Below, one piece after another: positions 1-9,148 of a stretch of 49,340 nt of DNA. The stretch is from assembly GCA_016204585.1 (NCBI GenBank), contig JACQKH010000007.1:1-49340 (forward strand), written 5' to 3'. Each line of letters opens with the position of its first letter. The stretch's first letter is position 1. The position numbers and the translations under genes are program-made. Origin of the DNA: Candidatus Kerfeldbacteria bacterium. GTDB lineage: Bacteria > Patescibacteriota > Patescibacteriia > SBBC01. The notes below the pieces were generated by a model. It was not told where the DNA came from and did no database searches. It saw only the letters and a list, made by a program, of their open reading frames with translations.

Positions 1-198
1 ACGAACGAATGGATTAACGATACCAACGGGAATAATAAAGAATATCTGTTTTTAATTCATAAAAACGGTAAAACGGAATCTATGCCTGAAATTAAAGTTG
101 AAAAAATTGATATTCGACATTTAGCACCAATGAATCAACAAAGATTAGTTTTTTCGTTTAGCAAAAAGTTTTCCACAGCCGCGAAAAAAATTCCCTAA
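1..198 (+). CDS. 3' end of an AT-rich ORF entering from outside the window; function unknown
   Basis: Frame 1 is open from base 1 to TAA at 196-198 (TNEWINDTNGNNKEYLFLIHK...KKIP). It is much more AT-rich than the downstream genes. Confidence 0.55.
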   Translation, partial: TNEWINDTNGNNKEYLFLIHKNGKTESMPEIKVEKIDIRHLAPMNQQRLVFSFSKKFSTAAKKIP

Positions 199-205
199 TC
201 TTTGT

Positions 206-237
206 GAAGCGCTCCACGGCCTTACGGCCGTGGCTTC
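206..237. repeat. Palindrome GAAGC..CCACGGCC-loop-GGCCGTGG-CTTC (IS200/IS605-end or REP-like hairpin)
   Basis: CCACGGCC at 214-221 pairs with GGCCGTGG at 226-233. Related copies lie at 675-729 and 20961-21025. Confidence 0.65.
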
Positions 238-288
238 GGCTCTTTCGGCTTTCGGTGCTGAATCGGGTTTGTGTTATCCTGGAAGTTA

Positions 289-669
289 ATGGAGCGAGAT
301 GAGTTCGAACAACTAGTGGCTGAAGGTCTGTCGCGGATACCGGATAAATTTCGGAAACTCTTGAAGAACGTGGCCGTCGTGATTGAGGACTTTCCCAGTA
401 CAGCGCAACTGCGGAAAACCGGCGTCCGCCGAGGATCGCTCCTGCTCGGGCTCTACGAAGGCGTTCCGCGGATCGCTCGATACGGTCATGACCCACTACT
501 GCCGGACAAGATTACGATTTTTCAGCGTTCGATCGAAATGGTTGCCCATAGTCCGGAAGCAATCCGCCAAGCGGTGGCGGAAAAGGTCTGGCACGAGGTC
601 GGGCACCATTTTGGTCTGTCTGAACACGCCGTTCGACAAGCGCAATCCCGGAAGTTCAAGCATCGCTGA
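289..669 (+). CDS. Zincin-like minimal metallopeptidase (Zincin_1/DUF1025-like)
   Basis: Motifs LLGLYEGVP, PDKITIFQR and HEVGHHFG (HExxH). ATG at 289 preferred. Confidence 0.9.
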   Translation: MERDEFEQLVAEGLSRIPDKFRKLLKNVAVVIEDFPSTAQLRKTGVRRGSLLLGLYEGVPRIARYGHDPLLPDKITIFQRSIEMVAHSPEAIRQAVAEKVWHEVGHHFGLSEHAVRQAQSRKFKHR

Positions 670-742
670 ACCCAGCTCCACGGCTTTACCCAGCACCAAA
701 ATCATGGTGCTGGGTTAACCCGTGGCTTCCGTGGGGCTGGGT
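670..742. repeat. Nested palindromic repeat cluster
   Basis: Outer arms ACCCAGCTCCACGG (670-683) and CCGTGGGGCTGGGT (729-742). Inner arms ACCCAGCACCA (688-698) and TGGTGCTGGGT (705-715). Confidence 0.8.
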
Positions 743-782
743 GAAGTTGCGGAATGTGTTGTCCCGCGATACACTTAAAGTC

Positions 783-995
783 ATGGCGGAGGCGGGAAAA
801 ACCTACAACAAAGACGATACGGTCGAGCAAGACGGCAACTACGTTTGCGTGCCCTGCGGGTACAACCGCTATTTTCGGAAGGGCGAGCAGTTCACCGAAT
901 GCATGTCTTGTTTATCCGGCACTAAGGACGGCCACGAGGAATTCGCCGCCGGTCTTGAACTCTGGGAAAAATCGCCTGACCAAAAACCGCAATAA
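783..995 (+). CDS. Small zinc-ribbon-like protein
   Basis: Two CxxC pairs (YVCVPCG, CMSC). ATG at 783; stops 9 nt before the next gene. Confidence 0.65.
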   Translation: MAEAGKTYNKDDTVEQDGNYVCVPCGYNRYFRKGEQFTECMSCLSGTKDGHEEFAAGLELWEKSPDQKPQ

Positions 996-1004
996 GGAAT
1001 AACC

Positions 1005-1595
1005 GTGAACAAACGGGCGTTATTCATCATTCCTCTGGCGCTGATTCTGCTCGGTGCAGCCTGTACCAAGAAGGCTCAAACTTTACCAACTACCAACCTT
1101 AATTCAGCCATAAGCAACCCCGCTGGAGCGCTCACCATGCTCAATCAAAACGAACTCGCAAACAAGCAAATTCGCCTGAAAACGACCAAAGGCACGATTA
1201 TCTTCGAGCTTTTCGGCCAAGAAGCGCCAATCGCCGTTAGTAATTTCATCACGCTTGCCGCTAAAGGTTTCTACAACGGCCTGACTTTCCACCGCTACGA
1301 GCCGGGCTTCGTCATCCAGGGCGGCGACCCGCTCGGTAACGGCACCGGCGGGCCGGGCTACACGTTTCGAGACGAGCCCGTCAGCCGCGACTATACCAAG
1401 GGCACGGTGGCCATGGCCAATGCCGGACCGAATACCAACGGCAGCCAGTTTTTCATCATGCTCGATGATGCGCCGACCCTACCCAAGAACTACACCGTCT
1501 TCGGCCGCGTCACCGCCGGCATGGATATAGTGCAACAACTCCGACAGGACGATGTCATGCAAACTGTGGTCGTCGAAACGCTGGGGATGAAGTAA
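1005..1595 (+). CDS. Cyclophilin-type peptidyl-prolyl cis-trans isomerase, probable lipoprotein
   Basis: Motifs FYNGLTFHR, FVIQGGDP, AMANAGPNTNGSQFFI and YTVFGRV. Lipobox-like LLGAAC. Confidence 0.95.
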   Translation: MNKRALFIIPLALILLGAACTKKAQTLPTTNLNSAISNPAGALTMLNQNELANKQIRLKTTKGTIIFELFGQEAPIAVSNFITLAAKGFYNGLTFHRYEPGFVIQGGDPLGNGTGGPGYTFRDEPVSRDYTKGTVAMANAGPNTNGSQFFIMLDDAPTLPKNYTVFGRVTAGMDIVQQLRQDDVMQTVVVETLGMK

Positions 1596-1599
1596 CACG

Positions 1600-2304
1600 A
1601 TGCCTGGCCACGCCGTACACCTCGAACACCGCCAGCGGGGATTCAAGCTGGCTGAGGTCATCCTCGGCGGGCAGGACGGTCTGGTCAATGTACTTGGCGT
1701 GATTCTGGGAGTAGCCGCCGCCTCGAATAGCCGTAGTCTAGTGATTGCGGCCGGAATGGCAGCGACCTTTGCTGAATCCATCTCCATGGCCGCCGTGGCC
1801 TACACCTCGTCCGTGGCCGAGGCCGACCACTACCGCGCCGAGCGTAACCGTGAGCGCCAGGAAATCGAGCGCCTACCTGAGTTGGAGCGTGAGGAAATTG
1901 CCGCTATCTATCGACGCAAGGGCTTTCGCGGAGCCTTCCTGGAAAAAATCGTTGACACCATCACCGAGAATAAGGCGATTTGGCTAAAAACCATGATGGA
2001 GGAAGAACTCAAGCTCGAGCCGACCAGCCGCCGGGACTCGCTCAAGTCCAGCGTGATCGTCGGAGTGTCCGCGCTGGCCGGCTCCTTCATTCCGCTCATT
2101 CCCTTCTTCCTCTTCGGCGCCTCAACTGGTATCGTGCCATCGCTGGCGCTGTCCGCCCTGACGCTATTCTTGATCGGCGTGTACAAGGCTAAACACACTA
2201 TTGGCCGTCCGATCAGAACGGGAATGGAAATGCTGGTCATCGGCATGCTCTCGGCCCTTGCGGGTTACCTCATCGGTCTGTTGTTCAGCAGTCGCCGGCA
2301 GTGA
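1600..2304 (+). CDS. VIT1/CCC1 family iron/manganese transporter
   Basis: Motifs ILGGQDGLV and AESISMA, an acidic cytoplasmic segment (EREEI, MMEEEL), and three C-terminal TM helices. Confidence 0.92.
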   Translation: MPGHAVHLEHRQRGFKLAEVILGGQDGLVNVLGVILGVAAASNSRSLVIAAGMAATFAESISMAAVAYTSSVAEADHYRAERNRERQEIERLPELEREEIAAIYRRKGFRGAFLEKIVDTITENKAIWLKTMMEEELKLEPTSRRDSLKSSVIVGVSALAGSFIPLIPFFLFGASTGIVPSLALSALTLFLIGVYKAKHTIGRPIRTGMEMLVIGMLSALAGYLIGLLFSSRRQ

Positions 2305-2319
2305 TATAATCAAGGTGTT

Positions 2320-2619
2320 ATGGAAAACGTCGAATTTAATCTGCGCGAAGTGTTTCGCGAAATCATCAACCGGATGGAGACCGAAGGCGCCTTCGATCGC
2401 GACGCCTATAATAACTTCATTGACGAAATCTTAGAGGAAAAAATAGCCAGCGGTGAACTCGATCCTGACGCCAACACTAAAAATTACACCGAGTCGCTAC
2501 AGCTGATGTGGCCGCAAGCCGAAGCGCTCATCACGAAGAGCGACGAGGAAACCGGCTCAACCAAAATAACTGATGAACGGGAGCAAGATTCCCCGAAACC
2601 GAGCGCCGATAGATTCTAG
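2320..2619 (+). CDS. Hypothetical acidic protein
   Basis: 99-aa ORF with ATG preceded by AAGGTG, in operon-like spacing. Confidence 0.7.
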   Translation: MENVEFNLREVFREIINRMETEGAFDRDAYNNFIDEILEEKIASGELDPDANTKNYTESLQLMWPQAEALITKSDEETGSTKITDEREQDSPKPSADRF

Positions 2620-2934
2620 ATGATAAAACCACGCGGCGACTGGCCACGCGAACTCTCCTCCGTCGAGCATCAGAAAATTCGTCAAGCACTCGAGCACTAT
2701 CGGACGACGCGCAGCCCGCAAGAACACGTTACTCTCGACAGCGAGTTCGAGAACGCGGTGGCAACTCTCGAAGTTGAGGAGGGTTCACTAACCACCGATC
2801 ATCAAGAAGCTGTGCGCCAAGCGGTCCGACACTACCTCGAGAACGACTGGCAGACCGGCAAAAACGGAAACCTGCCCAGGCATCAGACCGGCCATTTTCA
2901 CTTGACGATCATTCCAATATATCACAGGATGTAA
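2620..2934 (+). CDS. Hypothetical protein with an internal helical duplication
   Basis: Starts immediately after the previous stop. HQKIRQALEHY and HQEAVRQAVRHY are repeated motifs. Confidence 0.55.
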   Translation: MIKPRGDWPRELSSVEHQKIRQALEHYRTTRSPQEHVTLDSEFENAVATLEVEEGSLTTDHQEAVRQAVRHYLENDWQTGKNGNLPRHQTGHFHLTIIPIYHRM

Positions 2935-2976
2935 ACGCCCACTGAATCCCCGAACTTCAGATGTGGAGAACCGCTC

Positions 2977-3222
2977 ATGAAACCGATCAAGAGGTTTCTC
3001 GCCTGTACGCTCTTCTTCATTCTGCTCCTCGTCGCGCCGTGGCCGCAGATCACTCCGGCCATTTGCTCTTTCATGGAACGGGCTCTGCCGCTGGTCGGAA
3101 TCATGATGTTCTTGGCGATCCCGCTGATCTACGTTTCCTCGGCCGTCACTGGCTGGCGAGAACAGAACCAACGGTGCCGCGGTCATGCCGCTGCACTAAC
3201 TACCGCCCCCGCGCTCGACTAG
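2977..3222 (+). CDS. Small two-TM hypothetical membrane protein
   Basis: GGAGA SD upstream of the ATG, two hydrophobic segments, and a GC hairpin at about 3205-3234. Confidence 0.45.
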   Translation: MKPIKRFLACTLFFILLLVAPWPQITPAICSFMERALPLVGIMMFLAIPLIYVSSAVTGWREQNQRCRGHAAALTTAPALD

Positions 3223-3252
3223 AGTAGCGGGGGCTTCACGTTAACTGATACA

Positions 3253-3281
3253 TTGACACCGGCGACAATCGGGCGTATAGT
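3253..3281 (+). promoter_or_regulatory. Sigma70-like promoter of typA
   Basis: TTGACA-17 bp-TATAGT upstream of the ATG at 3328. Confidence 0.7.
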
Positions 3282-3327
3282 AGAGGCCAATCCGCGCCAT
3301 CCAAGGCGCATTTTTTCAATCACCAAC

Positions 3328-5145
3328 ATGGAACGTCGCAAGGACATTCGTAACATCGCGATTATTGCCCACGTTGACCACGGCAAGACCACGCTCGTAG
3401 ACGCAATGCTCAAGCAGACCCAGGCCGCGCGCAACCTCGATCAGATGGGCGAGCGTATTCTTGACTCGATGGACTTGGAACGGGAGCGGGGCATTACCAT
3501 CAAGGCCAAGAATGCCAGCATTACGTACCAAGGTGTCAAAATCAACATCGTGGACACTCCGGGGCATGCCGACTTCGGCGGCGAAGTCGAGCGGACGCTG
3601 CGGATGGCTGACGGCGTGCTGCTGCTCGTCGACGCCAAGGAAGGGCCGATGCCGCAGACGAAGTTCGTGCTGCGGAAAGCGCTGGAGCTCGGGTTGAACG
3701 CCATCGTCGTGATCAACAAAATCGACCGCCCGGACGCCGACCCGGACGCGGCCGTCAACAAGACCTTTGACCTGTTCTCCCACCTGAACGCGACTCACGA
3801 ACAGCTCGACTTCCCGATTGTCTTCACCTCGGCCACCGCCGGAACGGCCACGCTCGATACGGCCCAGCCGGGAGTTGACCTGACGCCGCTGTTCAAGGTC
3901 ATTCTGGAAAAAATTCCGGCGCCGGAAGTCAAGACGAATGATTCTTTGCAGCTGCTGGTCCTCGCCCTCGCGAACGATTCCTATAAAGGGAAGATGGGCA
4001 TCGGTAAGATCTCGGCCGGAAAAATTTCAAAAGGCCAAACCGTGGCCGAGGTTAAAGTCGATGGTCGCATTGTCAAGGGAAAAGTCACGGACATCATGAT
4101 CTATCAAGGCCTGAAACAGAGCGCGGTCGAATCAGCCGAAGCCGGAGAGATCGTGTCAGTGGCCGGACTGCCGGAGATTGCCATCGGCGAGACGATTGCC
4201 GACGCCGAGCATCCGGTTGCTCTGCCAGCGGTAGAAGTCGATCAGCCGACGGTGCAGATGACATTCGGCGTCAACACCTCGCCGTTTGCCGGCCAGGAGG
4301 GCACGCTCGTAACCTCGCGACAAATCCGCGAACGGTTGATGAAAGAACTCGAAACCAACGTTGCGCTGCACGTCGAGCCGTCCGGCAACGACAACACCTT
4401 TCTCGTTTCCGGCCGAGGCGAACTGCACCTGGCCATCTTGATCGAGCAGATGCGGCGCGAGAGCTTTGAGCTCCAAGTTTCTCAGCCGCAGGTTATCTTG
4501 CACGAGCAGGACGGCCAGAAGCTTGAGCCGTACGAAGTCGTGACGATTGACGTTCCGGCCGAACACCAAGGCGTCGTGATCGAAGCCTGCGGCCAACGTA
4601 AAGGCACGCTGCTAACCATGGATACAACCGCCCAGGGCGAACAGCACCTTGAGTTTGACATGCCCACGCGCGGCGTCATCGGTTTGAAGTCGGCGCTCAT
4701 GACCAAAACGCGCGGCACCGCGATCATCCATCACCTGTTTAACAAGTACGAACCGTATCAGGCCGAGCTGTTGAACGCTAATGCGCACGGTTCGCTGATC
4801 GCGTTCGAAGCCGGAACCAGCACCGGTTACGCGCTCGACAACGCGCAGCAACGCGGCGCGCTGTTCATCAAGCCCGGCACAAAAGTCTACCCTGGCATGG
4901 TGGTCGGTCAGTGTTCGCGCAATGAGGACATCGAAATCAACGTGAACAAGGAAAAAAAGCTCTCCAACATGCGTTCGAAGGCATCGGACGAAGCCATTAT
5001 CCTCGCGCCGCCGCGCGACATGACGCTTGAGCTGGCGCTCGAGTACATCGGTCCGGACGAGCTCGTCGAGGTGACACCGAAATCGATCCGCATCAGAAAA
5101 CGCATCCTCGACGCACTCGAACGGAAGAGGGCAAATAAAGCATAA
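3328..5145 (+). CDS. typA: Translational GTPase TypA/BipA
   Basis: Motifs [52 protein letters not shown] and the C-terminal [14 protein letters not shown]. Confidence 0.97.
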   Translation: MERRKDIRNIAIIAHVDHGKTTLVDAMLKQTQAARNLDQMGERILDSMDLERERGITIKAKNASITYQGVKINIVDTPGHADFGGEVERTLRMADGVLLLVDAKEGPMPQTKFVLRKALELGLNAIVVINKIDRPDADPDAAVNKTFDLFSHLNATHEQLDFPIVFTSATAGTATLDTAQPGVDLTPLFKVILEKIPAPEVKTNDSLQLLVLALANDSYKGKMGIGKISAGKISKGQTVAEVKVDGRIVKGKVTDIMIYQGLKQSAVESAEAGEIVSVAGLPEIAIGETIADAEHPVALPAVEVDQPTVQMTFGVNTSPFAGQEGTLVTSRQIRERLMKELETNVALHVEPSGNDNTFLVSGRGELHLAILIEQMRRESFELQVSQPQVILHEQDGQKLEPYEVVTIDVPAEHQGVVIEACGQRKGTLLTMDTTAQGEQHLEFDMPTRGVIGLKSALMTKTRGTAIIHHLFNKYEPYQAELLNANAHGSLIAFEAGTSTGYALDNAQQRGALFIKPGTKVYPGMVVGQCSRNEDIEINVNKEKKLSNMRSKASDEAIILAPPRDMTLELALEYIGPDELVEVTPKSIRIRKRILDALERKRANKA

Positions 5146-5983
5146 CAAGCAGCCCCTGAAACAAAGTCCAGGGGCCTCGGTCAGGGAACGGCATGCTAAC
5201 CGGCCAAAGGTCAAAAGAAGTAGGAGAGCGTGAGCGCACAAAGAATCGGAATCGTCAGGTTGTCATCGATTTTGCCGGAAAACGTTTCGCCTACCGCGGT
5301 GACAGCCGAGACGGCGACGATTCCCACCGCATTGATCGGCACGCCAAGCTGCCGAAAGAAGACGGCGTAAGCTGCCACACTGACCAGCATACAGACGGCC
5401 GCGCCAGCCAACGTCTTTCGTCGACCGCGGAATCGAGGTGAACAAATTAGGCGTCCACCGATTTCAGCAGCTGGGTCACCAAAAGTCCAGCCAACCAGAC
5501 AACCTGACACGACCAAAGGGTCCTTGAACTGGGTGGTAACTACCAACATCGCCAGGCACATCCATAGATTGCCGCTCGGCTGGTGTCGTTCTTGGCGTCG
5601 AGCTAAACCGACTTTGACGAGCTGGGGATGGACACGACGGTCACGAAGCCGCCAACCCTCGAAGATCAAGCAGACCAGCAAGCAAACAACCGCCAATTCA
5701 ATCCGCTGCGGTTGAGTGAGATGAATTGCTAGCCACATGCAGACCAGTCCGTTGCCTACATGGTATGCTTTTCGAATCCACAGAATTCGTCTGAGCGCCC
5801 CACTTTGAATCCGGAGACGCTCGCTTCGTACCGCTTCCTTCAGAAGCGTCATGTTCGCCCCCGGATAGTAGGTTGACGGTGAATTCAACGAGCGGATAAA
5901 CTTCGGTAGTACTCTATCAAGTATCCGATGTGCTGTCTATGTGGTACTTCCACAAACGCATCCTCGACGCACTCGAACGGAAG
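5098..5983 (+). mobile_element. Small integrated cassette flanked by a 30-bp direct repeat of the typA 3' end (att-like)
   Basis: AAACGCATCCTCGACGCACTCGAACGGAAG is identical at 5098-5127 and 5954-5983. The second copy continues in frame to TAG at 6011-6013. Confidence 0.7.
5211..5852 (-). CDS. CTP-dependent polyprenol/phytol/dolichol (DAG) kinase-like membrane protein
   Basis: Motifs RKAYH, GDPAAEIGGR, KTLAG and DDNLTIP in a multi-TM protein. Paralog of 38284-38919. Confidence 0.8.
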   Translation of the reverse strand: MTLLKEAVRSERLRIQSGALRRILWIRKAYHVGNGLVCMWLAIHLTQPQRIELAVVCLLVCLIFEGWRLRDRRVHPQLVKVGLARRQERHQPSGNLWMCLAMLVVTTQFKDPLVVSGCLVGWTFGDPAAEIGGRLICSPRFRGRRKTLAGAAVCMLVSVAAYAVFFRQLGVPINAVGIVAVSAVTAVGETFSGKIDDNLTIPILCALTLSYFF

Positions 5984-6013
5984 CGTGAAAAAAAGTCGGC
6001 TGAGACTGCGTAG

Positions 6014-6571
6014 AAAGTAAAGGAGCTCGGCGATGGGTGTCGTCGAGCTCGCAGACGGTGCAATTTAGGGATCCCTTGTTACAGAGGCCGGACTCTGTTG
6101 AGGCGCTCCACGCGCCAGGGGATCCAGAGGATTCCTCGACGCCGTTGACGCGCGTCGCGCCTCGCATGGGCTAGCGAGAATAATGTGCTGGCCAGAGGCC
6201 ACTTCGTGAGACTACTTCCGGCTTCGTCTCACTCGGGAGGATGGTGCCCCACACAGCCCTTCGGATCGCGCCCCAGACAAGCAGCGTCGCACTTCCTTTT
6301 CGCCAGGACCGCATCCCAGCTAGGCCACCATCATGGCCAGGGAGGAGGCTAATTTTTCCCGATAGCCTCAAACGGACAAGTAACCGCGCCGCTGGACAAG
6401 TGCCTTTTGAACCCCAGGAGGCGGCGGTGAAACGGAGTCTCCCTGGTTGTTACGGCAGTCTCGGCCAGAGATGCGGTCTCTCGGCCTTCAAGAAGCTCTT
6501 CGGAGTGGAGTCCCGAAGATACTCCAAGGCTGCCTGGTTCGATTAATAGTGTAACGAAAGCCTTTTCAGGC
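6014..6571 (-). ncRNA. Candidate large structured non-coding RNA of unknown family (~550 nt)
   Basis: More than ten consecutive or nested stems and no convincing ORF. A minus-strand promoter sits at 6578-6606, and a hairpin plus T-rich tail at 6014-6050. Strand is inferred from the promoter. Confidence 0.55.
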
Positions 6572-6577
6572 TGAGGA

Positions 6578-6606
6578 AGGCTAGCATAGGTAAAATTGTT
6601 TGTCAA
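6578..6606 (-). promoter_or_regulatory. Sigma70-like promoter pointing into the structured region
   Basis: Minus strand TTGACA-17 bp-TAGCCT, with an extended -10 TGn. Confidence 0.6.
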
Positions 6607-6672
6607 GACCATTGTAGCAATAGTCATCATTTTTCTTGAAAAAATAACAGGAATCTGCAATACTGTTATTCC

Positions 6673-6978
6673 ATGGACGACCAGCAAACAAACCCGACGA
6701 CTCCGCCGCTGGAAACGCCGCCCACATCCGAGCAACCAAAAAAAGCCGTTCAAAAAATCGGCAAAATAGTGGTTGACCGCGAGCTGTGCATCGGCGCGGC
6801 GAGTTGCCTGGCCTTAGCAGCCAACACCTTTGAACTAGATGAAGAAAACAAAGCAATCGTGAAAAATCCAAAAGGCGACTCTGACGAAGACATCCATGCG
6901 GCCGCGGTGTCCTGTCCAACCAATGCGATTTTCTTGTACGACGAGAAAGGGAACCAAATTTACCCCGCACCACAATAG
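6673..6978 (+). CDS. Single-cluster ferredoxin (3Fe-4S type)
   Basis: VDRELCIGAASC...AAVSCPTNAI, with the second Cys of CxxCxxC replaced by Ala. Confidence 0.9.
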   Translation: MDDQQTNPTTPPLETPPTSEQPKKAVQKIGKIVVDRELCIGAASCLALAANTFELDEENKAIVKNPKGDSDEDIHAAAVSCPTNAIFLYDEKGNQIYPAPQ

Positions 6979-7065
6979 AAAATTGGCCTAAATTAATAAA
7001 AGAGTTTAAGTTTTTTTTGGTGATCCGAATTCACCTTCAGAGGTTTTCCTATTGTGGTGCGGGGT
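6962..7065. repeat. MITE/REP-like element with 17-bp inverted termini that supplies the ferredoxin stop
   Basis: ACCCCGCACCACAATAG (6962-6978) and CTATTGTGGTGCGGGGT (7049-7065) are exact reverse complements around an AT-rich core. Confidence 0.8.
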
Positions 7066-7085
7066 TAATCCACCGAAACAATGGC

Positions 7086-7118
7086 ACAGCGCGGGTTATA
7101 ACCCGCGCTGTATTTTTT
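7086..7118 (+). terminator. Rho-independent terminator
   Basis: Perfect hairpin ACAGCGCGGGTTA/TAACCCGCGCTGT followed by ATTTTTT, between convergent genes. Confidence 0.75.
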
Positions 7119-7156
7119 AAGGTAAGGTAGGTAGTGATACCAGCCTTAACCGATTC

Positions 7157-9148
7157 TTATCGCAAATCAATCGCCCGAATCAAGTCGTTGCCCTTATCCG
7201 CTACCAGCAGATAATTGGCGTTCAGTTGGACCATCCCGCGCGGGCCGTTGAAGGACGCCTTCAACCGCGGCCCATTGGTGTTGCCGCGCAGTCCGGACCC
7301 GGCAATCAAGGTGGTGGTTTTCTTGGCCAGATCGATTTTTCTAATTCGCTGACTGCCCACCTCGGACAGGAACAGGGTATTGCCCCGGCCGTCGGCTACT
7401 GAATCGGGGTAACTTAGCCGCGCGTCTTTAAACTTTCCTTCGCGATAACCGGCCTTTCCCTTACCGATCAAGGTTCTCACGCGATTGGTTCTTAAATCAA
7501 CCTCGCGCAGGGCATGATTGCCCAATTCAACCACGTACAGCTTCTTGCCGTCGTCACTCAAAGCCAGACTGATTGGCCCTCGCAAGCGGGCTGTTCCCCC
7601 GACCCCGTCCTTTAATCCCGGCACCCCGCTGCCGGCAATCAACTTAGTCGCGCCGGTTGAAATGTCCACGCTCCGTATCCGATTGTTGTCGTAATCGGTA
7701 ACGTACAGGGTGGTTCCATCCTTGGAGATGGCTATTCCCATCGGCCGGTTGAAGTAAGCGCAGCCGGCCACGCCCAGGTCAAACTCGTCTGCACAGGCCG
7801 CGCCCTCGGCGTAACCGTTGTTGGTGTCGCCGAACTGGTTGATGTTGCCGGCGCCGGTCAGCGTTTCCAAGCGCGCTTCGTCAATGACCAGGGCGCGGAT
7901 TCGATTGTTGTTCCGATCGGCGAAATACAGTTTCTTTCCGTCTTTGGAAAGCACCATTTGCGTCGGTCCGCTCATCCGCGCGCTGTTGCCCACGTCGTCG
8001 CGCCAGTTGTCCATCGGGCTGCCAGCGATGAAACTGAGCTGCTTAGTTTTCATGTCGAAAACTTTGATGCGATGATTCTCCAGAATGTAGAGTTTCTTCC
8101 GATCATTCGAGAAGACCAGCGACTTCGGTCGGCCGAGTACGGCTTCGCGGAAACTTCCATCATCGTCGCCGTAGCGGTGCTTGCCGGCGATCTTGACCGG
8201 GTTGGTGGCGTCCGGGTTGAGCCGAAAGATGCTGGAGCCGACGGAGAACAAAAGATACATCATGTCTTTGCAAAACAGGATGTCGGAAGCGTGATTGTAC
8301 CACTCGGTCTCGACCACGCGAATCAGCCTAACCGACTCGCCGGTCGCCGGATCGTACTGCCATACCTCGTTGTACATTCCTTTGTCGCTGGCCACGAAAT
8401 AGACCTTGCCGTTGTAAACGGTAATCCCATCAACGTCGGTCAGGCCGCCCTTGACCGTGGAAATGGCGCCGCTGGAAATGTCGACCCGGGAAACAGTGGT
8501 ATTGCTCGAATTCGCCACGTACAGCATGCCGTTCAGAACCGCCAACTTGCCCGGACTCAAAATATTTGCCACCACCGAGGCGGCGCCGTCCGGGATGGTC
8601 GCTTTCAGAATTCGGTTATTGCCGGTGTCTCCGATGTATAGGGTAGTTCCATCCAGCGCCGTGCCGGTCGCGTTTTTGAGATTCTTGAGCCAGGAAGAAA
8701 CTACGCCATTCTTCACGATTCGAATCCGCTTGTTGCCGTAGTCGAGCGCGTAAAGTTCGCCGTTTGGACCGATTTCCGCGTCATAGGGTGCGCGGAAATC
8801 GGCTACCGTGGTGGCTGCTCCATCGGTCAATTCGTATTCACCAGTGCCGGCGAAGGTGGTAATGAAGTTAGTTGCGCCGTCGATTTTCCGAATCACATTG
8901 TCCTGAGTGTCAGCCACGAAGAGATTGCAGGCCGAATCAGCGGTAAATCCGGCCGGCAGGTCTAAATACGCTGTGTTGGCATCGATATTTTCACCGGGAT
9001 TTAGTCTACCAAGCCAGGTAGTGACTTTTCCTTTCGGCTGTTTTACCGAAGACTTTCTTACTTGTTTTGCCTCGGCCGGAAAACCAAAACTCGTCACGAT
9101 CATTACGATGCTCGTGACGGTCAATAAACGTCGCCACGTTAATTTCAT
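7157..9148 (-). CDS. Secreted NHL-repeat (beta-propeller) protein
   Basis: Signal peptide MKLTWRRLL...AEA and AAGGAGG SD. Many P-x-G-(I/L)-x..LYVAD.xNNRIR repeats and AG(T/S)G..G..DG motifs. Confidence 0.88.
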   Translation of the reverse strand: MKLTWRRLLTVTSIVMIVTSFGFPAEAKQVRKSSVKQPKGKVTTWLGRLNPGENIDANTAYLDLPAGFTADSACNLFVADTQDNVIRKIDGATNFITTFAGTGEYELTDGAATTVADFRAPYDAEIGPNGELYALDYGNKRIRIVKNGVVSSWLKNLKNATGTALDGTTLYIGDTGNNRILKATIPDGAASVVANILSPGKLAVLNGMLYVANSSNTTVSRVDISSGAISTVKGGLTDVDGITVYNGKVYFVASDKGMYNEVWQYDPATGESVRLIRVVETEWYNHASDILFCKDMMYLLFSVGSSIFRLNPDATNPVKIAGKHRYGDDDGSFREAVLGRPKSLVFSNDRKKLYILENHRIKVFDMKTKQLSFIAGSPMDNWRDDVGNSARMSGPTQMVLSKDGKKLYFADRNNNRIRALVIDEARLETLTGAGNINQFGDTNNGYAEGAACADEFDLGVAGCAYFNRPMGIAISKDGTTLYVTDYDNNRIRSVDISTGATKLIAGSGVPGLKDGVGGTARLRGPISLALSDDGKKLYVVELGNHALREVDLRTNRVRTLIGKGKAGYREGKFKDARLSYPDSVADGRGNTLFLSEVGSQRIRKIDLAKKTTTLIAGSGLRGNTNGPRLKASFNGPRGMVQLNANYLLVADKGNDLIRAIDLR

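Noticed and set aside
3253..3327. Longer N-termini from the ORF track (typA 3253; also 9208, 24787, 32445, 36058, 33809)
   Set aside because: The extensions overlap promoters or neighbouring genes. Downstream ATGs fit SDs, signal peptides or family N-termini better.
6014..6571. RNase P RNA, tmRNA or group II intron identity for the structured region
   Set aside because: There is no GAGGAAAGTCC/P4 pairing, no tRNA-like GGGG...TCCACCA ends or tag frame, and no domain V consensus. The minus-strand AACAGAGTCCGGC only loosely resembles the rnpB 3' motif.
5937..6753. ORFs 5937-6167, 6171-6371, 6241-6546 and 6349-6753
   Set aside because: They overlap each other, have no recognisable motifs or SDs, and lie over a hairpin-tiled region.
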